This document shows positions 10,900 to 21,507 of a stretch of 64,000 nucleotides of DNA, one piece after another. The notes below the pieces were generated by a model that was not told the DNA's origin, searched no databases, and was given only the letters and a program-made list of their open reading frames with translations. Origin of the DNA: Comamonadaceae bacterium (GTDB lineage Bacteria; Pseudomonadota; Gammaproteobacteria; Burkholderiales; Burkholderiaceae_C); NCBI GenBank assembly GCA_947375135.1, contig CANCER010000015.1:7142-71141 (forward strand). The letters are read 5' to 3'. The position numbers and the translations under genes are program-made. Within the stretch, counting starts at the first letter, position 1. Each line of letters begins with the position of its first letter.

Positions 10900-13164
10900 T
10901 TACACCTGTAGCGGCAGTGCGCGCTGGCGCTGGCCCGTCAGCACGAACAAGGCATTCGCCACAGCCGGTGCCAAAGGCGGCAAACCCGGCTCGCCCACAC
11001 CGGCCGGCGGGCGGGTGCTGACCACCGTCCAGGTTTCTACCACCGGTGCATCGGCCAGCGTCACCATGGGGTAGTTGTCGAAGTTGCGCTGCTGCACCAC
11101 GCCGTCGGTAATGTCGATGCGGCCATAGAGTGCTGCCGTCAAACCAAAAATCACCGCGCTTTCCATCTGCTGCGCCACAAGACCCGGGTTGATGACCGTG
11201 CCGCAGTCCACGGCGCACACCACCCGGTGTACGCGGGGCTTGCCGTCCAGCAGCGAGACCTCGGCCACCTCGGCCACGATGGAGCCAAAGGACGCGTGCA
11301 GGGCAATGCCGCGCGCATGGCCTGCTGGCAGCGTGCTACCCCAGGCGGCTTTTTCGGCAGCCAGATTAAGCACCGCCAGATAGCGCGGCGCGTCTTTCAA
11401 CAGGGCCTGGCGCAAAGCCAGTGGGTCCTGCTGGGTTTCGAAGGCCAGCTCGTCGATAAAGCCCTCGGAAAAGAACGCGTTGTGCGAATGCCCGACCGAG
11501 CGCCAGAAGCCCACCGGCACACCGGAGTGCGTAGCCACATGGGCCATGTGCTGGCTGGCGAAGCCATAGGGCAGGTCGAACAGGCCCTCCGCAGTGGTCT
11601 TGTCCGGCGTGTCCACCGGGCCTGCCAGTGCGGGCAAGCCGCGCTCCATCCAGCGCGGGGTGATGGCGTCACCGGCGGAGTGGATGCGCAGGCTGCTGAC
11701 CCGGCCTTGGGCATCGAGCGCCGCGCGCAGTTGCGCGACATGCAGGGGGCGGTAAAAGTCGTGCGTGGTGTCTTCCTCGCGTGACCACAGCAGTTGCACC
11801 GGCAGGCCGTCGCAGGCCATGGCCACGCGTACCGCCTGCGCCACGAAGTCGATGTCCAGCCGGCGCCCGAAGCCGCCACCCAGGTAGGTAACGTGCAGGG
11901 TGACCTTGTCCACATCCACACCGGCCACCTTAGCCGCCACGTCGCGGGCAAAGCCGGGTACCTGGGTCGGAGCCCAGACGTCGAGTGTGCCGTCCTTGAA
12001 TCGCGCGGTGCAGTTCATGGGCTCCATGGTGGCGTGTGCCAAATAAGGCGCGCTGTAGCTGGCCTCGACCACGCGGGCTGCGCCCGCCTCGGCCGCAGCG
12101 GCATCACCCTTTTCGTAGAAAGTAAAGCCCTTGTCGGTCTTGAGCGTAGCGCGCAGGCTTTGCTGAATGCGCGCCGAATCGAGTGCGCCCTCTTTGCGCT
12201 GCTGCCATTGCACGGCGACCGCCTGCACCGCAGTACGGGCATGCCAGCTGGTTTTGGCGACCACGGCAAAACCAGCGGTGGAGCCGGCAACCGCATCCAG
12301 GCGCACCAGCTTCATGGCGCCGGGCAGCGCCAGTGCGGCCCGGTCATCCAGTGTGGCCACGGTGCCGCCCAGCATGGGACACATGCGCACGGACGCGAAC
12401 AGCAGGCCGGGCAGGCGCACGTCAATGCCGAAGCGGGCCGTGCCATCCACCTTGGCTGGGATGTCCATGCGCAGTGCGCTTTGGCCGATCAGCGTCCAGT
12501 GCTTGCGGTCTTTCAGAACCGCCTTCGCCGGGGTGTGCAAAGCGCCGGCTACCAGCTCGCCCCAGTGCGCGCTTTTGCCGGTGCGGTGCCGCACAAGGCC
12601 CTGCTCCATCGTGAGTTCTGCCAGCGGCACCTGCCACTGCGTGGCGGCAGCGCCCAGCAGTTGCGCGCGGGCGGCGGCCGCAGCCAACGGCACGACATCC
12701 CAGGCATCAGCCAGGCTTGACGAGCCGCCGGTAGCGTTGATGCCCAGCTCGCGCGCAATCTTGCCCACCATCCATTCCCCCAGGCGCACCTTGGCGGGCT
12801 TGTTGCCGCCTTCAGACTCCAGCGGATGGAAGGGCAGCGAAGCCACCAGCATGCTGACGTTGCCATACATCTTGTCGGCCGTGGCCTGTTCCAGGCGCAC
12901 CAGGCTCAGAGGCACATCCAGTTCTTCCGCCACCAGCATGGCCAGGCCGGTGTGTACGCCCTGCCCCATTTCGCTGCGCGGCATGGCCAGAATGACGCTG
13001 CCGTCCCGGCCGATCTTGATCCAGCCATTGAGGGCCACATCCCCTTCGGTGGGCAGCATGGTCGCGGGCGTGCCCAGACGCGAGCGCGGAGGCAGCATGC
13101 CCCAACCCACCACCAGCGCACCGGTGGCGCCCAGGGCACTCAGTATCCAGGTGCGGCGCTTCAT
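10900..13164 (-). CDS. Isoquinoline 1-oxidoreductase beta-like molybdopterin subunit (xanthine dehydrogenase family)
   Basis: [28 protein letters not shown]; RR-containing N-terminus. Confidence 0.92.
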   Translation of the reverse strand: MKRRTWILSALGATGALVVGWGMLPPRSRLGTPATMLPTEGDVALNGWIKIGRDGSVILAMPRSEMGQGVHTGLAMLVAEELDVPLSLVRLEQATADKMYGNVSMLVASLPFHPLESEGGNKPAKVRLGEWMVGKIARELGINATGGSSSLADAWDVVPLAAAAARAQLLGAAATQWQVPLAELTMEQGLVRHRTGKSAHWGELVAGALHTPAKAVLKDRKHWTLIGQSALRMDIPAKVDGTARFGIDVRLPGLLFASVRMCPMLGGTVATLDDRAALALPGAMKLVRLDAVAGSTAGFAVVAKTSWHARTAVQAVAVQWQQRKEGALDSARIQQSLRATLKTDKGFTFYEKGDAAAAEAGAARVVEASYSAPYLAHATMEPMNCTARFKDGTLDVWAPTQVPGFARDVAAKVAGVDVDKVTLHVTYLGGGFGRRLDIDFVAQAVRVAMACDGLPVQLLWSREEDTTHDFYRPLHVAQLRAALDAQGRVSSLRIHSAGDAITPRWMERGLPALAGPVDTPDKTTAEGLFDLPYGFASQHMAHVATHSGVPVGFWRSVGHSHNAFFSEGFIDELAFETQQDPLALRQALLKDAPRYLAVLNLAAEKAAWGSTLPAGHARGIALHASFGSIVAEVAEVSLLDGKPRVHRVVCAVDCGTVINPGLVAQQMESAVIFGLTAALYGRIDITDGVVQQRNFDNYPMVTLADAPVVETWTVVSTRPPAGVGEPGLPPLAPAVANALFVLTGQRQRALPLQV

Positions 13165-13625
13165 GCGGCACTCCCGGTCGTGGCGGCGGCCGCGCGGTGG
13201 ATGGCGGCACGCACGCGCTGGTAGCTGCCGCAGCGGCAGATATTGGTCATGGCGGCGTCGATGTCGGCATCGCTCGGTTGCTTGTTTGCCTTCAGCAACG
13301 CAGCGGCCGCCATCAGCATGCCGCTTTGGCAATATCCGCATTGCGGCACCTGCTCGGCAATCCAGGCCGCCTGCAAGGGATGGGGCACGCCGTCCTGGGC
13401 CAAGGCTTCAACCGTGGTGAGGACTTTGCCTGCGGCGGCTGACACGGGAACCACGCAGGAGCGCACCGACTGGCCGTCGAGCTGCACGGTGCAGGCACCG
13501 CAGGCGGCAATGCCGCAGCCGAACTTGGTACCGGTGAGGTTGAGCACATCGCGCAACATCCACAGGATGGGCATGTCGGGCTTCACATCCACCTCCACAG
13601 TTTTGCCATTGACATGGAGTTGCAT
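13161..13625 (-). CDS. IorA-like 2x[2Fe-2S] subunit
   Basis: [23 protein letters not shown]; 4-bp overlap with the beta subunit. Confidence 0.95.
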   Translation of the reverse strand: MQLHVNGKTVEVDVKPDMPILWMLRDVLNLTGTKFGCGIAACGACTVQLDGQSVRSCVVPVSAAAGKVLTTVEALAQDGVPHPLQAAWIAEQVPQCGYCQSGMLMAAAALLKANKQPSDADIDAAMTNICRCGSYQRVRAAIHRAAAATTGSAA

Positions 13626-13684
13626 AGATTTCCTCGGTGGTGGTTTCTGTTGCTGCGGTGACTGCGGTGGCTGCTGCGCGGCTA

Positions 13685-14614
13685 CTACTGCTGTTGTTGC
13701 GCTTGCCCGAACAACTCTGCGTGCGTGGGCGGCTGGCAGCCTGCGCGGGTGCAGTTGATGGCGGCCGCGCGCATGGCATTTTTTAACGTGTCGGCGACAC
13801 GGGCTGCGGCGTTGTCGGGCTGCAGGGTCCAGTCGGCCAGGCAGTTGCCCCAGAAGGTGTCGCCAGCGCCCACGGTATCGATCACACGCACCACGGGTGC
13901 GGCATCCTGCGCCGTTTGGCCATCCACACTGAGCCAGGCACCGTCACCTCCAAAGGTGAGCGCAATGCGGCTGGCGCCCCCGGCAGAAAAGGACTTGGCA
14001 ATGCCGGCCGCCGTATTTTTGTTGGCCTGGCCAAAGCCCAGCAGTTCCAGGTCTTCGTCGCTGGCCTTGATCCAGTCGGCAAGAGCCGCCACCTGCTGCA
14101 CCGCTGCCACGTAGGCACCCAGATCGGCGGCCAGCTTGGGGCGCAGATTCACGTCCACGCTGATGGTCCAACCCTGTGCCTTGGCGCCTTGCAGAACGGC
14201 CAGCACCTTCTGGTGCTCGGGCGGCACCAGCATCAGCGAGCCGGTGTGCAGCACGCCGGGCGATTGCTGCGACAGGGCGGCCAGCACTTCGTCCACGCTG
14301 TAGTCGCGGTCGGCAATGCCCTCGCGGTAAAAGCCGTAGCTGGGTTGGCCGTCCTTCACCTGCACCACCGCCAGCGAAGTTGGCAAGCGGCTGGTGCCCA
14401 GCACCATCTGCACCCGGTCCTTGGCCAACTGGGCCTGCATTTGCTCGCCGAATTGGTCTTGCGAAAAGCGGTTCAAAAAACTCACGCTGGCGCCGCGCAG
14501 GGATGCGGCCCGCGCCAGATTGAAAGGGCTGCCGCCCACATGGGGATGCAGCAGACCGTCGGGTGTGGCAACGCAGTCCATCAAAGCTTCGCCGAGTACG
14601 TAAATGGAGGTCAT
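13685..14614 (-). CDS. PfkB family carbohydrate kinase (fructokinase-like)
   Basis: [27 protein letters not shown]. Confidence 0.92.
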   Translation of the reverse strand: MTSIYVLGEALMDCVATPDGLLHPHVGGSPFNLARAASLRGASVSFLNRFSQDQFGEQMQAQLAKDRVQMVLGTSRLPTSLAVVQVKDGQPSYGFYREGIADRDYSVDEVLAALSQQSPGVLHTGSLMLVPPEHQKVLAVLQGAKAQGWTISVDVNLRPKLAADLGAYVAAVQQVAALADWIKASDEDLELLGFGQANKNTAAGIAKSFSAGGASRIALTFGGDGAWLSVDGQTAQDAAPVVRVIDTVGAGDTFWGNCLADWTLQPDNAAARVADTLKNAMRAAAINCTRAGCQPPTHAELFGQAQQQQ

Positions 14615-14749
14615 GGTGCAGAGTGCCAAAGGGCAATAAAGAGGGAAGAAACAGATTCCGCGCCGGGCCCGTCAAAGCCGGCTCCCGGGCGGGATGGGAC
14701 AATTTTGCCACTACATTAAGGAATCACTTTTTCCAACACGAGGCCTGGT

Positions 14750-15418
14750 TTGAAAGTTTTTTTAGATTCCGCAGTCTCCACCTCCTGGCAGTTGCCCGCA
14801 GGCTGCCCACCGGTTGAAGGCGTCACCACCAATCCGACGCTGGTGTTGCAAGCGGGCCTGCCGGTCACGCTGGCAACCTACACCGGTTTGCTGCGTGCCG
14901 TGTCGGACGCCGGACTGGCCGAGTTGATGCTGCAACTGCCACGCCCGGATGTGACCGAGGCGCTGCAATGGCTGGACGTATTGCAATCCACGGCGGCCGG
15001 GGCACGCGTCAAGCTCACCATCAAGCTGCCTTGCCACCCGGACTGGCTGGCCTGCATACGGGCTGTGCAGGCCAAAGACCAGGCGATTTTGCTGACGGGC
15101 CTCAGCAACCCGGTGCAACTGCTGTGGGCGCATGGCTTGAAGGCGCAGTATGTGGCGCCCTATATCGGGCGTCTGGTGGCGGACGGGCGCGATGTCTGGC
15201 CCTTTATGCAAGCCTGCGTGGCGGTGCAGCAAGCCGATGGCCCGGCGCTGCTGGCAGCCAGCATCAAGTCACCCGATGTGTTGTCCCGGCTGATGGCTTA
15301 CGGCGCAGCCGCTGTCACCCTGCCGCCGGCCAGCCTCGTGGCCTGGTCCGGGGACGCGCTGACCCATTCCGCCATGGCGCAGTTCGACCGGGACGTGGCA
15401 AGCAGCCAGTCGCTTTAA
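14750..15418 (+). CDS. Transaldolase/fructose-6-phosphate aldolase family protein
   Basis: FLDSA, GVTTNPTL, Schiff-base IKLP, YVAPYIGR, LAASIK; TTG start. Confidence 0.85.
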   Translation: MKVFLDSAVSTSWQLPAGCPPVEGVTTNPTLVLQAGLPVTLATYTGLLRAVSDAGLAELMLQLPRPDVTEALQWLDVLQSTAAGARVKLTIKLPCHPDWLACIRAVQAKDQAILLTGLSNPVQLLWAHGLKAQYVAPYIGRLVADGRDVWPFMQACVAVQQADGPALLAASIKSPDVLSRLMAYGAAAVTLPPASLVAWSGDALTHSAMAQFDRDVASSQSL

Positions 15419-15424
15419 AAGAAC

Positions 15425-15468
15425 AAAAAAAACAGCCGCCGGAAAAAATCCTGCGGCTGCATTTTTTT
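15425..15468. terminator. Bidirectional intrinsic terminator between convergent genes
   Basis: A-run, CAGCCGC...GCGGCTG stem, T-run. Confidence 0.7.
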
Positions 15469-15505
15469 CACCAGAGGCACAAGGCCTCCGGGAAACCGGG
15501 AAGAA

Positions 15506-16063
15506 TTACTTCTTCTTGGCGGTGGTCTTGACAACAGAGTTCAGAGCCTGCTCGGTAGCCGTAGTCAATTGCTTTTCAGCTTGTTCCACAGCCTTCAGGG
15601 CGGAAGCCTTGGCAGACTCCATGGCGTTCTGGCTGGCAGCAACAGCGGACTTCACGACAGCAAACACGGACTCGGAACCGGCGGGAGCGTTCTTGGCCAT
15701 GTTGTCGAAAGCAGCCGTAGCAGCCTTTTGGGCTTCAGCAAACTTGGCTTCGGAAGCAGCCGTCAGTTCAGCGCTGGTTTCGGTAGCGATAGCGTAGACC
15801 GAACGGCCGTAAGCGATAGCTTGTTCAGCCAAAGGCTTGATCAGGGCAGTTTGGGCAGCCAGAGCATCGGCGGGGTTCTTGGCGCTGAAAGCGGAGGTGA
15901 AGTCACCGTTGTTGTCGAACATGACGGACTTGGCAGCAGCCAGGTTCAGGGTCACCAGCTTTTCGAAGCCAGCGAAAGCGGAAGCAGCCAGGGCTTGGGC
16001 TTCAGCAGCAGCAGTCTTGTTAGCGGCCAGAATTTGTTCAACGTTCAAAGTAGTAGCAGTCAT
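15506..16063 (-). CDS. phaP: Phasin (PHA granule protein)
   Basis: Ala-rich; FEKLVTLNL...YGRSVYAIA...KNAPAGSE; codon bias typical of a highly expressed gene. Confidence 0.9.
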   Translation of the reverse strand: MTATTLNVEQILAANKTAAAEAQALAASAFAGFEKLVTLNLAAAKSVMFDNNGDFTSAFSAKNPADALAAQTALIKPLAEQAIAYGRSVYAIATETSAELTAASEAKFAEAQKAATAAFDNMAKNAPAGSESVFAVVKSAVAASQNAMESAKASALKAVEQAEKQLTTATEQALNSVVKTTAKKK

Positions 16064-16121
16064 GGAATTCTCCAAAAGGGTTTAAGAAAAATCCTGCGCT
16101 ACAAACCCGCCCCGGGTAATC

Positions 16122-16196
16122 ATGTTGCAGTGCAGCATGGCGCAATCATAATTCGGTTTTTGCGCGATGCAAGACTTTTTTGTTGCGACGCAGCAT
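16122..16196. promoter_or_regulatory. Two TGTTGC-N3-GCAGCA palindromes upstream of the phasin; putative PhaR operators
   Basis: atgttgcagtgcagcat (16122-16138) and tgttgcgacgcagcat (16181-16196); PhaR assignment is inferred from position. Confidence 0.6.
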
Positions 16197-16303
16197 TTTA
16201 GAGACGGTGTCCTAAAAATGCCCCACCGCCCCGGTTTTGTCACACGCTGTTCAAACGGCTGTGGCAGGTCGCGTGGCTGGCTTGCAGACACCCAGCGTGC
16301 GGC

Positions 16304-16708
16304 TTATCCCAGTTGCACCGGCAGGCCTTGCCGGTCAAATGGCAGGTAGTTGCCCAAGTCGCCGCGCTTGATGCCTTCCACCATGGCCTGCAGCGGCAAG
16401 TCGGCATCGGTTGTGGAGGGTGGCTGTTGGCGCGTGCCGGACATGGCGGCAGAGAACACCAGCACCCAGTCATGCCCGAACTGCGCGGCCTCCGCCACCA
16501 GGGTCTCGAACGAGGCCAGTTCCTCCGGGCTCTTGTCCACACACATCAGCGGCGTGAGTGCACCCCCCTGCCCGGCTGCGAAGGCCGCGCGTTGTTCGGC
16601 GCTGGCGTCCTGCGGCAACTCTACGCCGGCAAAGACGAACAGCAGGCGCTGCGGCAGGGGTTGGGCCCGGGCTGCGCTCAGCAGGTCGTTGAAGTGTTCG
16701 ATAGTCAT
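16304..16708 (-). CDS. Conserved hypothetical protein co-transcribed with nrdJ
   Basis: MTIEHFNDLL...QRLLFVF...GGALTPLMCVDK; ATGA overlap with the nitroreductase. Confidence 0.8.
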   Translation of the reverse strand: MTIEHFNDLLSAARAQPLPQRLLFVFAGVELPQDASAEQRAAFAAGQGGALTPLMCVDKSPEELASFETLVAEAAQFGHDWVLVFSAAMSGTRQQPPSTTDADLPLQAMVEGIKRGDLGNYLPFDRQGLPVQLG

Positions 16709-17463
16709 GGGTTGTCCAGTTCGGGAATGCCAAAGCCGCGCTGCACGCCATGCGCTGGCGTCAGGTGGCTCACAAAGTCGATGGTGCGGGGGCGTAGACG
16801 GCCGGGCCTGCTGCCCACGGCCGTGCCCAGGCTGATGAAGCACAGGGCATGGTCAGCAGCCGCAAGGGAAAACAGGCGGCGCAAGCCCCCTGCCTTGAGC
16901 GCCTTGCCACTGGTCAGCGCCGAGGCAAAGCCCATGGCAGTTGCCATCAACAGAATGTTTTGCACGGCGCAGCCGGCGGACAGCAGCCGCTCGGCCAGAT
17001 CGACCTCCGGGTCGCCCCGTTGCGCATCCACCACCACCAGCAGCAGGCAGGGTGCGCGAAAGGCTTTTTCACGCGCCTGCGCAAGCTGATCGGGCAAGGC
17101 GCTGGCATCACGCTCCAGCAAGGCTTGCGCAAATGATTCCGCCAGTAAAGCGCGCACCTCCTGCGGCACCCGCACAAAGCGCCAGGGCAGCAACTGCCCG
17201 TGGTCCGGCGCGCAGGCTGCAGCACCCAGAATCCGCGCCAGCTGCGCCGCATCCGGACCCGGGCCCAACAGGCGCTTGGGCAGGATGGTCTGGCGCGACT
17301 GCATCAGCGTCGCAGCCAGATCGGCCAACTCCATGGCGGGCGCAAGGCCTGCCGGTGGCAGCGCCGGTGCCGCAACTCGCAGCGCCTCACCCTCCGTGCC
17401 CGCCATTGCCAACAAGTCGGCTATGTTCGGGCTGCCAGCGGCAGGGTGAGGGGCGCTGTCCAT
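16705..17463 (-). CDS. Nitroreductase family protein (YdjA-like)
   Basis: AAACAPDHGQLLPWRF, AGCAVQNILLMA. Confidence 0.88.
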   Translation of the reverse strand: MDSAPHPAAGSPNIADLLAMAGTEGEALRVAAPALPPAGLAPAMELADLAATLMQSRQTILPKRLLGPGPDAAQLARILGAAACAPDHGQLLPWRFVRVPQEVRALLAESFAQALLERDASALPDQLAQAREKAFRAPCLLLVVVDAQRGDPEVDLAERLLSAGCAVQNILLMATAMGFASALTSGKALKAGGLRRLFSLAAADHALCFISLGTAVGSRPGRLRPRTIDFVSHLTPAHGVQRGFGIPELDNP

Positions 17464-17465
17464 CG

Positions 17466-19898
17466 CTAGCCGCAGGTTCCTACATGGCCGCACTGGGTGC
17501 AGTAGTCGCAACCATCCTTGCGGATCACGGCATAGGCACCGCATTCGCCGCACTTTTTGCCGACCATGGCCGGAGGCGAGGCGGGAATGCTGAGGGCTTT
17601 TTCGGCAGCTGCGGCGGCTTCTTCATGCGCGGCCGGGCTTTCGTTGCGGTGCGCAATGATTTGTTGCAGGGCATAGGCAATGGCCGCCACTTCGGAGTCA
17701 TGCCACAAGGGAACGAGCGAACCGTCGGCCTTTTGGTAAGTGCCCAGACGCACCGGGCCGCGGTCCCAGGCGACCTTGCGCATGTCGCCCAGGGCACGCT
17801 CCAGGAAGCCGCCGCGGGCTGCCAGGGACATCAGGCGCATGCTAGAGGTAATCCATTGCTGCGACTCGCCACTCTGGCCCAGGGGCATGAAGAATTCGAT
17901 CGCGCGCTGCAGGGTTCCGCTGCCGTCGGCCTTGGCCACGGGCAGGAAGGACACCACCAGGTACAGGGTCTTGTGACCTTCCTGCGTCCAGTACTCCACC
18001 TTCTCGGCCACAGCCGACAGGCCCCCCTTGGGGCGCTTGTCGATCACGGTGCGCATGGGGTCCACAAGCACTTCCACCGGGGCTGCCGGCTTGGTCACCG
18101 CGCCGGTGTCGAGCACCGAGCCCAGGATGGCGTTCGGGCGGTAAGTGGCCAAGCCCTTGAGGCGGGCGCGCCAAGCTTGCTGGTACAGGCCCTTGAAGTC
18201 GTCATAGGGGTAATCGGCCGGCACGTTCACCGTCTTGGAGATGGCGGTATCCACCAGCGGCTGCACCGCTTCCATCATGGCGATGTGGTCGGAGGCGGCC
18301 ATTTCCAGCGCCGAGACAAAGTACTCGGGCAGCTTGGTGACGTCGCCGCCGAGCTCGCGGTACAGGCGCCAGGAATGGTCTTCCACCGCGTATTCAGACG
18401 TAGTGCCGTCAGACTCACGCTTCTTGCGGCGGTACATCCAGGAGAACGCCGGCTCGATGCCGTTGGAGGCGTTGTCGGCAAAGGCCAGGCTGACCGTGCC
18501 GGTGGGCGCAATGGACAGCAAATGGCTGTTGCGGATGCCGTGCTTGCGGATGGACTTCTGGATGTCTGCGGGCAGGCGGCTGGCAAAGGTGCCGGGGGCC
18601 AGATAGCCTTCGGCCTCGAATTTGGGGAACTTGCCCTTTTCCTGCGCCAGCTCGACGGAGGCACGGTATGCCGCATCGCGCATGCAGGTGGCGATTTTCT
18701 TGGCCATGTCACGACCCTCGGCCGAGTCGTAGCGCAGGCACATCATGGTCAGCGCGTTGCCCATGCCGGTAAAGCCGACACCGATGCGGCGCTTGGCGGC
18801 CGATTCGGCGCGTTGCTGCTCCAGCGGCCAGAAGGTGACGTCCAGCACGTTGTCCAGGGCGCGCACCTGGGTGGCCACCGACTTGGCGAAGGCGTCGAAG
18901 TCAAAACCGGCAATGCCGTCAAAGCCGAAGGCGTGGCGCACAAAACGGGTCAGGATGATGGGGCCGAGGTCGCAGCAGCCATAAGGCGGCAGCGGCTGCT
19001 CGCCGCAGGGATTGGTCGCGGCGATGTCTTCGCAATACGACAGGTTGTTGTCCTGGTTGATGTGGTCCAGGAACAGGATGCCGGGTTCGGCAAAGTCGTA
19101 GGTGGACTTCATGACCGTGTCCCACAGCTCACGCGCCTGCAGGGTCTGGTAGACCCACAGGCCGTCGGAGCGCTGGTAGGCGCCATTGGCCATGATGTCG
19201 GCGCCGGGCTTGGCGCGGTGCACCAGTTCCCAGGGCGCGTTGTCGTCCAGCGCGCGCATGAAGGCGTCGGGCATGCCGACCGACACATTGAAGTTGTTCC
19301 AGCGCCCGGGGGTGCGCTTGGCGGTGATGAACTCCAGCACGTCCGGATGGTCGATGCGCAGCACGCCCATCTGGGCGCCACGGCGCGCTCCTGCGCTCTC
19401 CACGGTGGAGCAGGATTGGTCAAACACATTGATATAGCTGCAAGGGCCGGAGGCCTGGGAATGTGTGCCCTTGACATCGGCGCCCTTGGGACGGATGCGC
19501 GAAAAGTCGTAACCCACACCACCACCGCGGCGCATGGTCTCGGCCGCCTCGCGCAGGGCTTCGTAAATACCGGGGTAGCCGCCATCGTCCACGCCCTGGA
19601 TACAGTCACCCACGGGTTGCACAAAGCAGTTGATCAGGGTGGCCTGGATGTCGGTGCCGGCGGCACTCATGATGCGTCCGGCGCCAATCGCACCGGCGTA
19701 CAGGTTTTCCAGGAAAACGCCTTCATAGCGCGCGCGATCGGCCTCTTTTTCTACGCTGGCCAGGGCCCGGGCAACCCGTTTGAAGACGTCCTCAAAGCCG
19801 GTTTCGCCGGGTTTGAGGTATTTCTCTTTCAGCACATCGTGGCTAATAGGCTGCACTTCACTGTTTTTAATGTTTTTTGTGGAACGATCACGTTTCAT
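17466..19898 (-). CDS. nrdJ: Adenosylcobalamin-dependent class II ribonucleotide reductase with C-terminal Zn-ribbon
   Basis: TLINCFV, TNPCGEQPL, SIAPTGT, AISKTVN, CGECG...CTQCG. Confidence 0.95.
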   Translation of the reverse strand: MKRDRSTKNIKNSEVQPISHDVLKEKYLKPGETGFEDVFKRVARALASVEKEADRARYEGVFLENLYAGAIGAGRIMSAAGTDIQATLINCFVQPVGDCIQGVDDGGYPGIYEALREAAETMRRGGGVGYDFSRIRPKGADVKGTHSQASGPCSYINVFDQSCSTVESAGARRGAQMGVLRIDHPDVLEFITAKRTPGRWNNFNVSVGMPDAFMRALDDNAPWELVHRAKPGADIMANGAYQRSDGLWVYQTLQARELWDTVMKSTYDFAEPGILFLDHINQDNNLSYCEDIAATNPCGEQPLPPYGCCDLGPIILTRFVRHAFGFDGIAGFDFDAFAKSVATQVRALDNVLDVTFWPLEQQRAESAAKRRIGVGFTGMGNALTMMCLRYDSAEGRDMAKKIATCMRDAAYRASVELAQEKGKFPKFEAEGYLAPGTFASRLPADIQKSIRKHGIRNSHLLSIAPTGTVSLAFADNASNGIEPAFSWMYRRKKRESDGTTSEYAVEDHSWRLYRELGGDVTKLPEYFVSALEMAASDHIAMMEAVQPLVDTAISKTVNVPADYPYDDFKGLYQQAWRARLKGLATYRPNAILGSVLDTGAVTKPAAPVEVLVDPMRTVIDKRPKGGLSAVAEKVEYWTQEGHKTLYLVVSFLPVAKADGSGTLQRAIEFFMPLGQSGESQQWITSSMRLMSLAARGGFLERALGDMRKVAWDRGPVRLGTYQKADGSLVPLWHDSEVAAIAYALQQIIAHRNESPAAHEEAAAAAEKALSIPASPPAMVGKKCGECGAYAVIRKDGCDYCTQCGHVGTCG

Positions 19899-20121
19899 GG
19901 TTCTAGTCTTTCTGGTATTCATTGCCCGCTGGCATGCGCGCGCAGGACAGCGAGTGTGCCACGTCGGGCCGACCATTCTTGGCCACAGGGTGATCCCGGG
20001 CTTTGCGCTAGATCAGACAAGAATACGCACTCCTCACGCGATAAAAATAGGGGTCAGTACCAGCCCGCACCGCTGCCAGCGGCAAGCCCTTGCAGGCACA
20101 GGCCTGCCAGCGAAGTGGGCA

Positions 20122-21066
20122 CTATTGCACCAAAGGCGAGTCGGCAGCATCGAGTTCAATCCCTTCCACCAGCGCCTGCCCGACCAGCAGTGTCATGTAC
20201 TGGTGCAGGGCCTTGGCACGCGATTGCATGGCCAGTTGCGCCGCCACGCGTTCGCACACTTCGTCAAACGCCAGGGTCTTGCCCTCACGCCGTTCCAGCA
20301 CGTCGATGATGTGAAAGCCAAAGCGGGTATGGATGAGACGCGGCTGCACGCCCAGGCCCACCGGCACCTCGGATTGGAAGAACAGGGTGGTGGCCAGTTC
20401 CGGCGCGCAGTCCTGCGGACCGACCCAACCCAGGTCGCCGCCCTGGGTGCTGGTGGGGCAGTTTGACAGCTCAGCTGCCAGTTTGCCGAACAGATCCACC
20501 GGCACGTTTTTGCCCAAGAGGCTGATCAGGGCCTTGTCGGCATGCACGCTCAAAGCCTGCACATTCACGCCCGGTGTCACGGCGAACAGGATGTGGCGCA
20601 GATGCACGGCCTGGCCGACGACGTACTGGGTTTTGCGGGCGTCATAGTAGCGCTGGCATTCTTCGTCTGTAGGCGCAGGCACTTGCACGGCGGCGTCCAC
20701 CATGGACTCCAGCACGGCGCGTTCGGCTTCATCCAGCTCCGGCGCTTCCAGCACGTTCTCGCGCGGCAGCAGACCGGCGGTGACGGCCTGTTGGCGCAGC
20801 AGTTCGGTGTAGGCCAGTTCGCGCAAGGACTCTTCATCCGGGCGCAGGCCTGCAATGTGCAGGTTGATGCCGTTGATGGAGGCGATAGTCTCGGGCGCGA
20901 TGTTCGCACTGCTTTGCTTGAAGGCAGCCGCGTCGTTGGCAGTTGGCGTGCCTATGGACGGATAGGCGTTCTTGTTGCCCTGTTGGGCAACACTGGCAGC
21001 CTTGGAGCCGCAGCCGCAAGTGCCGCCGCCGCCACAACCGTGGCTATTGGTTTGCGTTGTGTTCAT
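20122..21066 (-). CDS. Parvulin/PpiC-type peptidyl-prolyl isomerase associated with the nar operon
   Basis: HLRHIL, SNCPT..GGDLG, TRFGFHII; Cys/Gly-rich N-terminus. Confidence 0.9.
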   Translation of the reverse strand: MNTTQTNSHGCGGGGTCGCGSKAASVAQQGNKNAYPSIGTPTANDAAAFKQSSANIAPETIASINGINLHIAGLRPDEESLRELAYTELLRQQAVTAGLLPRENVLEAPELDEAERAVLESMVDAAVQVPAPTDEECQRYYDARKTQYVVGQAVHLRHILFAVTPGVNVQALSVHADKALISLLGKNVPVDLFGKLAAELSNCPTSTQGGDLGWVGPQDCAPELATTLFFQSEVPVGLGVQPRLIHTRFGFHIIDVLERREGKTLAFDEVCERVAAQLAMQSRAKALHQYMTLLVGQALVEGIELDAADSPLVQ

Positions 21067-21141
21067 GGGAGTTTTATTCCTGTTGAGCGTTTCAATGATT
21101 ACGTTTTGTAGAGGCCGAAGTCACAGGGACAGATTGGTGCT

Positions 21142-21401
21142 CCGAGGTCAGCGGGGTAGATGTTTCCGTCCGTGTCCCCCGCCCGCTTAAGCGGGCTCCT
21201 CCTTTACCTCCCGGAAACATCCACCCCACTGCCCTCGGCAGCCTGCACGGTTGGTGCGCAATAAATTGGGGGCCCGACACCGATGTGCTCCAAATATGTT
21301 GGCTGGCGCAGGACGGCGTGGCACTCAGCGACGGTAGGTAAAGGAGGAGCCCCGCAGGGGCGGGGGACACGGACGTCGCTGAGTGCCACGTCGGCCTGCG
21401 T
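21142..21401. repeat. Inverted doublet of ~97-nt structured palindromic units (A1 21142-21238, A2 21306-21401)
   Basis: Conserved core TCCGTGTCCCCC-GCCC..GGGC-TCCTCCTTTACCT closed by ~27-bp stems; homologous to 28438-28692 and 63226-63321. Confidence 0.9.
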
Positions 21402-21507
21402 CCCGCGTGTCTTGATCCCAACGCCGGGGGACACGAACCGAGATGAGTACCACGGCGGCGTGCGTCCAAAAGTGTCTTCACACAGGCGTGCCATGGTCAG
21501 ACAAGGT

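Noticed and set aside
15506-16063. Unusual composition suggesting horizontal transfer
   Set aside because: Explained by the codon bias of a highly expressed phasin
16941-20309. 1122-aa plus-strand ORF and other long antisense ORFs (12..890, 23478..25235, 26418..28625, 40998..43079, 59814..62273)
   Set aside because: Shadows of real minus-strand genes in GC-rich DNA; no recognisable motifs
21142-21401. Repeat units as a CRISPR array, HDV-like ribozyme or c-di-GMP riboswitch
   Set aside because: No repeat-spacer periodicity or cas genes; I could not build the HDV pseudoknot or find the c-di-GMP consensus
21092-21481. 129-aa ORF and the similar 146-aa ORF at 28331..28771 as a paralogous gene pair
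   Set aside because: Their similarity comes only from translating the palindromic repeat; translation cannot be fully excluded
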